Positions 39,001 through 45,045 of a stretch of DNA of 64,000 bases are shown here, one piece after another. The translations under genes were made by a program, and so were the position numbers. Under the pieces are notes generated by a model. It was not told the origin of the DNA and searched no databases. It was given only the letters and a program-made list of their open reading frames with translations. The first letter of the stretch is position 1, and each line of letters opens with the position of its first letter. The DNA comes from a virus. The stretch is from IMG/VR virus record IMGVR_UViG_3300045988_159115; one strand, 5' to 3'.

Positions 39001-41803
39001 CATCATCTTCGTCATCATTCGTACCAAAAAGAGCGTTCTTCCAACCAACTAATCCTTTACGTAAAGAATCTGCTACAGAAGATAATCCAGAGGTAGCCTT
39101 ATGAATAAGGCCTTCTTTTCCAGATTCTTCTTCGCCCTCTTTTTTCTCGCCAAAGAGACGAACCTCAATACCTTCTTTGATATGATTGACCATACCGGTA
39201 AGCTTACCCTTAACGGTATTCTTCATCTCTTCGTCATTGGCCTTCGGAACAGCAGTGCCATCTGCTGCAATGTAACCTTCACCTGTGATCATATGGCGCA
39301 GGCCAAAATATGATTCACGGATTCGGTTATTCACACCAGAAAGAATACCATTCTGCTTATAGCCATTCTCGTCCTTGCTACCAAAGAGAGTTTCTTTTAA
39401 AGGAGTAAGGAATTTCTCAGAGATATATTCTCCGGCCTTAGTAAACGAAGCACCAAGACCCTTCATCATAGCGTCCCAAGCAGCATCAGAATCTCCATTC
39501 ATGATACCAGCAAGGACGCCACTCGCTTTCTGGAAGAAAGTAGCAGTAATACCACCAAGCTGACCTTTTTCAGGTTCAGGCTGAACGATATTCGGCTGAG
39601 CAGCAAAGAGCTTTTCGTAGTCGTCTGCTGTCTGCGGGCCCTCAGGTTCAGGAGGATTGACAAAATGATTCAATACGGGAGCCTGGCTCGCTGCTTGTTG
39701 TGCAGAAACGAGCAGACCGTGAGCATTCTGCTTAAACCCTTCCATCAACGGATGATTCGGTACATATACACCAGTTTTCTGGTCTCTATGGTACATCGTT
39801 CCGTCAATGCCCTTTGTCTCGTCATTATACGGGATTCTGATATCGTCGTCAATATCTACGCCGTCCAGCTTACGACGAATCTGGACGAAAATACCACGAC
39901 GAAGAATATCCCGAATGTCAGTGACAAGAGAAGGAAGAGAAGCTGCCGGGCTCGGATTAACAGGACGAATCTCTCCACCCTGCTTAATCGTCTCAACAGC
40001 ACGGTCATTGATCATCTGATCAATATTACGGCCATCAAAAATCTTACCGACGTTATTATGCTCACCCGCTTCGTTGTAACCGGTAACAGATTTGACTCGG
40101 TTTGCAGATGCTCTCTGCTTTGCATAGTTTGCGGAAATTAATGCTCCATCATTGGTTTTCACCATATTCTGGAACATGCCAAGATAAGCATTCTTTACCC
40201 GCTCATCAGCAGTCTCAAGACTATTGATAAGAGTCTCTCGATTCAGGGCATCTTCAAGACGAAGCGGACCATTGATCTGCTCCATCTTGAGAAACAGCTC
40301 AGGAAGACTCTTTAAGAATGATTCTTGGAGAGCTGGATCAACTGACCCAAGGTTTGCAGCATAAATCTTTGCTTTCTTACCAAAATCACTCTTGTTAAAT
40401 TCATTGACCGTATCATACGTGAGGTTATCCGTGATCTCATCACGCATCTGTTTTACGGTCTTATATCTGCCTTCCTCCCAATCATATGCCTGAATATTCT
40501 TATCGAAATCACTCGCGTTCTTACCAGTAACAGCAATTGCGATCTGCTGTAAATATCCGGTAGACTCACGAAGATATTTCGGAATAATTTCAGTAATGGC
40601 ATGGTTGGCCATTCCGTTATACGGAACCGGAGTCGCGTCAACTCTCTTGAGGTCAAAATCTTTGGTACGCTTTGTTCTCGTACCAAAGATAGCACCAATT
40701 GTACGCTTACCTTCACCAATGAGGGTTGCATCATCTTCACCCCAAGCACCAATACGCTCAAGGACAGAAGGAATGAATGCTTTCAAAGTATTATCAAACT
40801 GCTTCATAGCAGATTTGGTAATCTTCGGAATCATTGCATCAATACCCATCTTAAGAGCAGCGCCTACAGGATTTGCTGTAAGAGCTTCCTTGTTCTCAAG
40901 AAGAGTATTTGCCATACCAACCACGTTACCGAGTGCGGTTGCAGATTGGTCAATCTTTTTGATATTCTGAGTAACGTACTTGACATAATTACCCAGATCG
41001 AATCCGCCTTCCATGGTGACAAGGTCCTTCGAAGTGATCTCGTCTTTCCCACCCTTGTACGGATCTTCCTGCTTAGGAGTCATTTGCTCATAGTATGCGA
41101 TAGAAGCATCTATGAACTTCGTCATATTCTCTGTCTGATAATTCAGTAATGCAGAGATGTTAGAATTAATTGACGTTAACTGACCAATTACTTCTTGACC
41201 GATCTCAGCATTTTTTGCCAAAGAAATAGACGTAAGCGAAACCATCGCATCAACTTGTGCCTTAGCAGCAGTAAGTTGATACTCGGATTGCTTTTGGATT
41301 AATCGAACGGTCGCATCATTGCTTCCATTAGACTGCGTTTGATTAACTACGTTATTATTGATTTGGACATTTGTGTCGTCATCAATATCTGAGAAAGAAA
41401 CGTCTCCAGAAGAATCAAAGAGTTTATCAATATCATCTTCTGAAAATTGATCTTTCTGGTCACCATAACCACCCATGAGCGCTTTTTCTTCACGCTCTTT
41501 ATTATAGAGATTACCAGATTTCAAGTCTTGCAGCGAGTTATCAATTACCTGCTGGGCGAATTTAACTGCCGGAGTACCTTTGATCATGGTAATTACTTTT
41601 CCGGAGGTTAACTTTGAATCTCGAATGGTCTTTGCAACTTCCGATGAAGATTGTGATACCGACTTAATAGTAGAAGCGGTTGACGGCATGATGTCTTTGA
41701 TGACTTCAGTGCCAGCCAAACCGAGACTATTAAGAGCATTTCGTAACCAAGGAGAATTTAACTTCGTCCTGGTTACCGTGATATCGGTATTTTTCTTAGC
41801 CAT
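30080..41803 (-). CDS. giant tape-measure-like virion protein with three cell-wall hydrolase domains (3,907 aa)
   Basis: Single uninterrupted ORF. There are three GGLLGTLVGGP…FQxWLFG glycine-zipper repeats (aa ~956-1161), long helical and K/R/E-rich stretches, and a …VGEEGEEMVV…GGEKVIPN motif typical of tape measure proteins. The C39-like domain reads YYSQDDSRW…TGCGPTAMAMVL…GHYVV…NDP (aa ~2985-3135). The NlpC/P60-like domain reads RSDCSGFV…GHTEIYAG (aa ~3190-3310). The phage-tail-lysozyme-like domain reads AAGVLGCWHNES…GYGLAQWT (aa ~3435-3620). Confidence 0.85.
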   Translation of the reverse strand: MAKKNTDITVTRTKLNSPWLRNALNSLGLAGTEVIKDIMPSTASTIKSVSQSSSEVAKTIRDSKLTSGKVITMIKGTPAVKFAQQVIDNSLQDLKSGNLYNKEREEKALMGGYGDQKDQFSEDDIDKLFDSSGDVSFSDIDDDTNVQINNNVVNQTQSNGSNDATVRLIQKQSEYQLTAAKAQVDAMVSLTSISLAKNAEIGQEVIGQLTSINSNISALLNYQTENMTKFIDASIAYYEQMTPKQEDPYKGGKDEITSKDLVTMEGGFDLGNYVKYVTQNIKKIDQSATALGNVVGMANTLLENKEALTANPVGAALKMGIDAMIPKITKSAMKQFDNTLKAFIPSVLERIGAWGEDDATLIGEGKRTIGAIFGTRTKRTKDFDLKRVDATPVPYNGMANHAITEIIPKYLRESTGYLQQIAIAVTGKNASDFDKNIQAYDWEEGRYKTVKQMRDEITDNLTYDTVNEFNKSDFGKKAKIYAANLGSVDPALQESFLKSLPELFLKMEQINGPLRLEDALNRETLINSLETADERVKNAYLGMFQNMVKTNDGALISANYAKQRASANRVKSVTGYNEAGEHNNVGKIFDGRNIDQMINDRAVETIKQGGEIRPVNPSPAASLPSLVTDIRDILRRGIFVQIRRKLDGVDIDDDIRIPYNDETKGIDGTMYHRDQKTGVYVPNHPLMEGFKQNAHGLLVSAQQAASQAPVLNHFVNPPEPEGPQTADDYEKLFAAQPNIVQPEPEKGQLGGITATFFQKASGVLAGIMNGDSDAAWDAMMKGLGASFTKAGEYISEKFLTPLKETLFGSKDENGYKQNGILSGVNNRIRESYFGLRHMITGEGYIAADGTAVPKANDEEMKNTVKGKLTGMVNHIKEGIEVRLFGEKKEGEEESGKEGLIHKATSGLSSVADSLRKGLVGWKNALFGTNDDEDDEKTQQEVIDSIKEKASEMLPSGMAGAAVGAAGGVAAGGLLGTLVGGPIGGALLGFAGGILSKSEKFQDWLFGTEDHEGFISDKTQEFFHEHGKFLTGGAAVGAVTGTITGGGILGTIVGGPIAGALMGLASATVLKSEIFQKFLFGDAENGQLGIVTLGKKWMRNIVGDAESNGGVSGGKLAGMLGIGLGTGGLLGTLVGGPVLGASLGLGAAILAQKDNFHEWLFGKVDEETGVKREGILGQFKNALNVSVFQPIKNAAANFIDDAKNFLQFDVFNKITLIMEPIGDAVSSMIGSLTSFAWNTAKDVGRFIKEDFLGGMVDATKKILQPVTAAATAAGNAIWGAAKAIISTPINLVMTMLSPMATALRHGVGLAIKAITTPIGLAVKTTFGVFSKALGVAAKAIGTAVSLPFKAVQKTFGFINDKIIGTVAHIGRFGISVLRDVKDAVMNSWPMRLIQTAFKSAQDALRWVQGGMRRLVSPVVDLAKSAVTYVRDQVTGAITKSVKNILHFMNPMTWINGIIDKGRKFFGLGAEKREEGSGLGAYFRKVWDSTKYGMEKKDVSSKMLFNPDGSIKDAGKGLPWATRVRLNKEKKERQKNMAKERRQKRKDLLNNQRLIAKYTKNQRSEDTEENRAFAKAAALERGEHISFKGDAIKTESQIKTEKFQDASLDVQKDTNAILHKALDFILGRKPKLTKDEAKAEAFTTGKAQGYTDRNTDRNIELLHKDENGNHGAEIKIAEAARDRATKSSSKDRQKKFSDYMKDYGFFGGIEVALSNIGGLRAGAKESNKDYKQRRKDRRKNGTMLDSDQTRHEMKQQRDINYEAYLDRVKANREAKEAAHRALEERRRRRKEELEAKRKRAHYADGTDNAKPGPADVGEEGEEMVVTDKGATVVGTSGPEVREMAGGEKVIPNDASARTGLVGIFADIRDLLGGIFDTVKGGFSDMETAREDADTNITKTYTSTDASVKAPTNISVPNIGNSNSPFAGANTAITSALKANATIDPSKTVASEETTDGEISYGDATINPDQSAPKGKTADEQRAQRAAVDEKAEQEAKDKKNTGLMESINEGIHSHNTIWNSIFSKKGIITGAFILLAPMVLKLLGRLISLFANPGNGSSESTNPAERLVSDYMYGKERLGDGRTSADVISDELDGLKNTVGNLLTGNIPDAIKSFLYDKDGNIYNETGARTKLLAQGVAGGANTIYEAGKKAIPKVKGGIDNIKNLGGDLRKGGKFIGNALANTRAGKAVSGLKNKIGSGIKNKYLEVTSSAVNGFKYGAGKALSNETFSNEILTGMMEDNINNGDHVASVASKVGKFANTTADKIMAASEKSGITKVIDVVKKFFSSIMEKASARFGGSIKPGKVTKLLSSATGCVQKHFKKISAKIATILGTAAGLATTVVGYAAKESTWVVLGAINGVSGAKRLFRTSSQPDATMMIIAGLFGAFSGSTFGSIVDCVNELIVSVTGVDMYTELATLIYQMVAGDDKFAALAAGQTELKEAYDANVSSNLESQYNEMIKAGLLDPSVTLEQFTEGAKNGEYGANIQSFADYNDEKNQTLGSRLQKGLKGFGDKAREKLVGKKQRVFVDKQSNTEYRENSDGTFSAYDATTGKQLGTAKLDARAFEGQTGENGRYEDTTEQKSGLLTKPIEMIKGGFNSAKQFFGNFGKNLTTTLGDAGSALVTGFRTINQNFNDPNIDFMSYAKAKVNTSDPNNPLHGIIGATLGVGKVAVFVGHLIGKLGSVGGDFLLKKVPEFIGGAAGNIAEIPKHLADYSVNMVKGDPSAIGNANIDFDGPLAGISGAVCGVLKLPFLIGSLPAFAIRGVKGKIDEFIDSHQEQIDAIKTGVGESWDAAVTGDFSKFLSAGKDKTKGLLSGAIVKISRAPMYIVTGYNYAMNKIGGLVDKALTAVGLGGIDKDIAAYQSTLKQYTDPSKSWSGFEKAEMPNSKDNGLKKFIGGAIKLASWITVGIPRIFNSIGDTIKNAINSIGTSLMDWIRGKKKTDGGSGNGVDWDQINNDVKEINKTEGGSGRRKTSGGRGLAPDTLNGGTYYSQDDSRWASKSYSKADGSDASATMSDTGCGPTAMAMVLSDVSANHTDPVSLARLAQQTGDRDETGTNMNFVQNAASAYGVRSSMERNPSSSEIVSKVRNSNGPVMLLGRDNGNGNSPYTDSGHYVVANGVDSNGNIIINDPRGVEYSGAVSPDELNNNTSAVWTFDDYKPYGGSGHRKSFRNIIRRVVGGRGRSNRDRWMDIVIEVKKQIARSGVGYSSNRYVNVTIGGRTIRTRSDCSGFVSACLKFYGVLPDSTQLYSGEMTHQNGLMANTGFTYKTFSNWNLQPGDIVAKSGHTEIYAGRLNGNIFVYNVGSPNSANSASATGRAYKTYSCVWTPGKPGANYTQAPKGTIQFNNSAAASADGADASDSYYDSDTESKSASFFSLMSNAMSTIGSKMFEAAVTGNMDVDWDAVVNEINGDTDTSSSSSDEDVDGISGADADTGTIEGNARNIFRKLREAGMSDAGAAGVLGCWHNESRLQPKNLEDSYNKRYGMSDDQYTAYADQHGRFPDKSSDVAGYGLAQWTYANQPNKTSRKERLLNFAKQKKTSIGNLYTQIAFALDEFKNGSSAYRKTFNRLKTITSPVDAATAVLGGYEMPGWGDNRARTSSQFAPRAQWAEKYYQAFHGKDVMSEEGGNGPKKTNSKKKKQSGAEKVADGIGSLSGQLLGAYLEYEVDQHSDEWFEKLTGQKPKVSRAERKRQAEAKKKAEEEKKRKEELAKRPLGQVVLEDVVLPVALKAGKDYINDKFNEAKQNSGVDAISGADRKGGRGATVKDMRFAPVAKSIDRTNEHNSTVDSYQTRSYYQAPHSSSYTSKEKNGGRGVDNTQVLILMDKMVALLSTISGNTENLDELSDIKEGISKIKASNYTPMTGGKGDSKSSVTTPRGAFKKSYNNGSVSDSSMTNAELVARRIAFGV

Positions 41804-41915
41804 AGTGGCTCATCCACTCCTTTCTATTTTGAGAGTTGAGTAGATCGCAATACTCATTAATACAATGATTAACCGTTACAAGTCTGTTTTTAAGAGGATT
41901 TGCCAATGGACGGAC

Positions 41916-41963
41916 AAAAAAGAAGACTACACGCTATAAATTAGCAATGTAGTCTTCTTTTTT
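41916..41963. terminator. bidirectional terminator after the 41962..42339 gene
   Basis: Stem AAAAAGAAGACTACA / TGTAGTCTTCTTTTT with a 16-nt loop, and a T-tract on the minus strand (TTTTTTGTCC). Confidence 0.7.
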
Positions 41964-42339
41964 ACTTCTGCATGGAGAGGTTGGGATCATGGCCAACTTC
42001 TTCAATCGTTGCATACCGAATCATGCTTTCTCCTTCTTCCGGAGAAAAATAGTTATTCACGACAGCAACGACGTACTTCTTGTCACGCTTATACTTCCGA
42101 TACTTAAGCTTCGTAATATCAGCGCCAACGTCACGATCGTCTGCCATAATCATAATACCGGTCGTTGTAGCAATGATATCACGGAACGCCTGATTATTCA
42201 GAATGCGTCCAGCGTGCTTGCCACTGATAGGCCGGATTGCATGATTTGTCATCGTAAGGGTACCATCTTCATTTCGATACCACATCTCAATGGACTGTGC
42301 AAAACGACCGAGCTCACGTAGGATAGTCTTCTTTGTCAT
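41962..42339 (-). CDS. hypothetical protein (125 aa)
   Basis: Complete ORF with a TAAGGAGGA RBS and its own terminator. Confidence 0.8.
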   Translation of the reverse strand: MTKKTILRELGRFAQSIEMWYRNEDGTLTMTNHAIRPISGKHAGRILNNQAFRDIIATTTGIMIMADDRDVGADITKLKYRKYKRDKKYVVAVVNNYFSPEEGESMIRYATIEEVGHDPNLSMQK

Positions 42340-42391
42340 AGTAATTCCTCCTTAAGGATCATAGTAATTAGAATAAAGTCATCCATATAAT

Positions 42392-42434
42392 ATCAAAAAA
42401 GAAGGATACCTAACTGGATGTTAGGTCCTTCTTT
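42392..42434 (-). terminator. rho-independent terminator
   Basis: Stem AAAGAAGGATACCTAAC / GTTAGGTCCTTCTTT (one bulge), followed on the minus strand by TTTTTTGA. Confidence 0.7.
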
Positions 42435-42445
42435 AAACCGCATAC

Positions 42446-42511
42446 TCAGTTCTTGAGCATGTAGTTCATAGTCCACACCAAAAGTGCGAGGTCGGCAAGT
42501 TTACGGAGCAT
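42446..42511 (-). CDS. candidate 21-aa hydrophobic micro-protein
   Basis: MLRKLADLALLVWTMNYMLKN, preceded by GAAAGGAGGAG 7 nt upstream of the ATG. It lies between the stop of the 172-aa gene and the terminator. It corresponds to the last 21 codons of ORF-track ORF 42446..42775. Confidence 0.4.
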   Translation of the reverse strand: MLRKLADLALLVWTMNYMLKN

Positions 42512-42560
42512 TATGACTCCTCCTTTCTTTTCATAATATAAATTCTGTGAGCGCAAGATA

Positions 42561-43079
42561 TCAGATAATCTTGAGCTCATAGCTGATGGCGTCAGTCCAG
42601 GCATTGGGCTTCTCACCATCAAATGAGATGAGTGCGTAATCGCCGCTATGACTACGATAGCGAACGACGCGGCCATCATCGTAAGAAGAGCACTGGCTCG
42701 CGATGTACTCTTTAGCAGAGGTCTCACCGCCAACGAAATTGGTAACCGCTCTCTGCGTTGCTTCATAATGGCCATCGGCTTTCTTTACAAGGGTCCAGGT
42801 GGTCAGGATCGCGCTGTGCTTGCCCTCCTTACGAAGGTCACGCTTAGCAATCGAAACCGTGCCGATATTGCAGCGAGCACGCTCCCACAGCTCTTCACGA
42901 GTCATGGGCTGAAGCGGGAAGTTTGCTTTACGTGCACGAGAACGCATAGCCATAAGATTAGCGAACTCGTAAGCGCTACGTGCTTCGTAGCTGGTGGCCA
43001 TCTCAATCAGACCATCAACAGCCAGGCAGCCGAAAGCAAACTTAGCGATAGAACGAACCTTAGAAGAATTGATAGACAT
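42561..43079 (-). CDS. hypothetical protein (172 aa), GC-rich codon usage
   Basis: ORF-track ORF 42561..43118. The ATG at 43079 (MSINSSK…) follows GGAAGGAG by 7 nt. G/C-ending codons contrast with the neighbouring genes. Confidence 0.8.
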   Translation of the reverse strand: MSINSSKVRSIAKFAFGCLAVDGLIEMATSYEARSAYEFANLMAMRSRARKANFPLQPMTREELWERARCNIGTVSIAKRDLRKEGKHSAILTTWTLVKKADGHYEATQRAVTNFVGGETSAKEYIASQCSSYDDGRVVRYRSHSGDYALISFDGEKPNAWTDAISYELKII

Positions 43080-43170
43080 AGTAAACTCCTTCCGACCCTC
43101 TATTCTTATGAGGATCATACAAATGATTTATTTTAAGCAAGGTATTTATTATTCCTTGCTTTCTTTCACC

Positions 43171-43185
43171 AATATAATATATCAT
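43171..43185 (-). promoter_or_regulatory. promoter-like box ATGATATATTATATT (coding-strand reading)
   Basis: Same box as at 43509 and 44951. Upstream of the 42561..43079 gene. Confidence 0.45.
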
Positions 43186-43261
43186 TATTTTTAAAGAATA
43201 TACGGATAAAAACAAAAAAGAAAGACTAGAAGATTTTGCAGGTCTTCTAGTCTTTGCTGAG

Positions 43262-43447
43262 TTACTTATCTACTTCTTTGTGAGATTCTGGAGTAGATAA
43301 GGAGGAATCTTCACGTTTCGATTTTACACGGGTCCAGTGAAGATCCTCAACTGGGGTAACGGTTATGGACCCGTCTAAGTCTATAACTCTACCTCCTTCC
43401 AAATTCATATAGATGAATGCGAGTGTTTCATTTGAGAAGATATGCAT
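43262..43447 (-). CDS. small hypothetical protein (61 aa)
   Basis: ORF-track ORF 43262..43453. The third codon ATG (43447) has 8-nt spacing from AAAGGAG. Confidence 0.65.
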   Translation of the reverse strand: MHIFSNETLAFIYMNLEGGRVIDLDGSITVTPVEDLHWTRVKSKREDSSLSTPESHKEVDK

Positions 43448-43508
43448 AATCATGGCTCCTTTGCAGAAGTAAATTTGTATATCCCATCATCCTAACACTG
43501 CATTCATC

Positions 43509-43523
43509 TATATAATATATCAT
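43509..43523 (-). promoter_or_regulatory. promoter-like box ATGATATATTATATA (coding-strand reading)
   Basis: About 60 nt upstream of the 43262..43447 gene. Confidence 0.45.
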
Positions 43524-43737
43524 TTTAATTTCAATCTACCGAAAAACACATCGGTAATGAATGAATATGTTGCCAGTAGCTCTTTTCCATACCAAGTCGC
43601 GCTGGTCGGAGAGTAAAAACCTCAGAAGCATTCATAAACTTCAATATCCCATTTGCTGTTGCGCATCTTCATTGGGAAACCTTTCAGGTTGACGAGAGAG
43701 TATGTTTAAGCTTCCATACTCTCTCGTCTTCCCACCC

Positions 43738-43798
43738 AAAAAAATACAAAAAAGACGGCTGCCACGAATTACTCATAATCGAGTTTCGTGGCAGCCGT
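43738..43798 (-). terminator. rho-independent terminator after the 43829..44416 gene
   Basis: Stem GACGGCTGCCACGAA / TTCGTGGCAGCCGT, followed on the minus strand by TTTTTTGTATTTTTTT. Confidence 0.8.
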
Positions 43799-43828
43799 AA
43801 AAGCTGCTTAGTTATATCGCAACCAAGA

Positions 43829-44416
43829 TTACTTCTTGGTCACGTTCTTGAGGCGGGTCTTCATCCAGTTGGGGCAACCAGACTTCACAGTAGCCTCCCA
43901 ATGGGGCTTCATGTCAGTCTGGTAAGTACCCAGAGTTTCGCCGGTGGAGGGGTTCAGCAGGGTACCCTTCTTCGTCTTTGCATCGACATGCTTCATGCCG
44001 ATGGATGCCTTGAAGTCCTTCTTCGGCAGCAGATCGAAGCGATGTGCGCCCTCGCACATGTACTCGTACATGGCGGTAGCGAAGAACTCGTACAGGCCAT
44101 CGACGTTGTCGAAGGTGAAGTCCTTGGTCAGGACAATGGCGCTCTCGTTCTTGTCGATGCCGGCCTTCTCGAGGACCTTCTGCAGGAACTTGCGGAAGCC
44201 CTCTGTGACCTTGATCTCCTCGACGCTCTTGAGCTCACCCTTGGAGGTCAGAGCGACCTTGGTAGTGAAGTCAGTGTCGTTCAGCATAGCACGCATGAGG
44301 TCATTGAAAGACTTCTGGCTGAAACGAGCCAGATTGCGCTTGCCGTTCTCCTTCACTTCAGGATTGGGCTTAATGTTATTGAGAACTTCAGCCACGGACA
44401 GAATTTCCTTAGACAT
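43829..44416 (-). CDS. abundant-looking hypothetical protein, possible HU/IHF-like DNA-binding protein (195 aa)
   Basis: Complete ORF with a TAAGGAG RBS and markedly GC-rich, G/C-ending codons. The C-terminal segment KKGTLLNPSTGETLGTYQTDMKPHWEATVKSG loosely resembles the DNABII beta-arm signature (R-N-P-x-T-G-E … F-K-x-G). The functional call is weak. Confidence 0.35.
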   Translation of the reverse strand: MSKEILSVAEVLNNIKPNPEVKENGKRNLARFSQKSFNDLMRAMLNDTDFTTKVALTSKGELKSVEEIKVTEGFRKFLQKVLEKAGIDKNESAIVLTKDFTFDNVDGLYEFFATAMYEYMCEGAHRFDLLPKKDFKASIGMKHVDAKTKKGTLLNPSTGETLGTYQTDMKPHWEATVKSGCPNWMKTRLKNVTKK

Positions 44417-44479
44417 ACTTTATATCTCCTTACTTATTATATTTGAACAGCTTAATGCTATTCCAGTTTTACTTACAAG

Positions 44480-44653
44480 TTATGAAGCTGATTTTTTATT
44501 ACGCTTCTTTCCCTTGTGCGATTTGGACTTCTCTTCGGGATGATCGTCTTCATACTCAAGACGTCCGACTGAAAAATCGAATACGTCCTTGAGAGTGAAG
44601 TCATCATAGTTCTTCCCGAAGAATTCTTTTGCTTGTTTCTTTTGACTAGACAT
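44480..44653 (-). CDS. small basic/acidic hypothetical protein (57 aa)
   Basis: MSSQKKQAKEFFGKNYDD… The ATG at 44653 is preceded by AAGGAGG and lies downstream of the 79-aa gene stop at 44670. Confidence 0.6.
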   Translation of the reverse strand: MSSQKKQAKEFFGKNYDDFTLKDVFDFSVGRLEYEDDHPEEKSKSHKGKKRNKKSAS

Positions 44654-44669
44654 CCATATCAATACCTCC

Positions 44670-44909
44670 TTAATCCTGGATTTCCATGTTATCCATGAGC
44701 TGCGAGTCGATGCTTGCCACGGTAACCGTAACAATCGACGAAACTGCCATGGTAGCAGCAGATGCTACCTGGACCTTCTTCAGCATCTTACGCTGCTTCC
44801 GATGGAACTTGGGAGTGTTCTCCAAGGCAATCGTAGATCCCACATACACAGAACCTGCAATTGCCGCAGTAGACGAAGTTGCAAGGACAACCTTAGACGT
44901 ATCAACCAT
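44670..44909 (-). CDS. small hypothetical protein (79 aa), Ala/Ser/Thr/Val-rich
   Basis: MVDTSKVVLATSSTAAIAGSVYVG… The ATG at 44909 follows GGAGG by 9 nt. Confidence 0.7.
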   Translation of the reverse strand: MVDTSKVVLATSSTAAIAGSVYVGSTIALENTPKFHRKQRKMLKKVQVASAATMAVSSIVTVTVASIDSQLMDNMEIQD

Positions 44910-44950
44910 AATTATACCTCCAATCATTCATGGGATTGCTTTACGTCTTA

Positions 44951-44965
44951 AGTATAATATATCAT
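44951..44965 (-). promoter_or_regulatory. promoter-like box ATGATATATTATACT (coding-strand reading)
   Basis: 43 nt upstream of the ATG at 44909. Confidence 0.45.
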
Positions 44966-45045
44966 TAAAAACGAGAACTAAAAACTTATCCATTATCAAA
45001 CCATTAAGTAGTTAAGGACATGAATGGTAGATTAAGGAGGTATAT

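Noticed and set aside
42446-42775. 109-aa track ORF overlapping the 172-aa gene in another frame.
   Set aside because: Most of it is an out-of-frame overlap with a well-supported gene. Only its last 21 codons, downstream of a strong RBS, are kept as a micro-ORF candidate.
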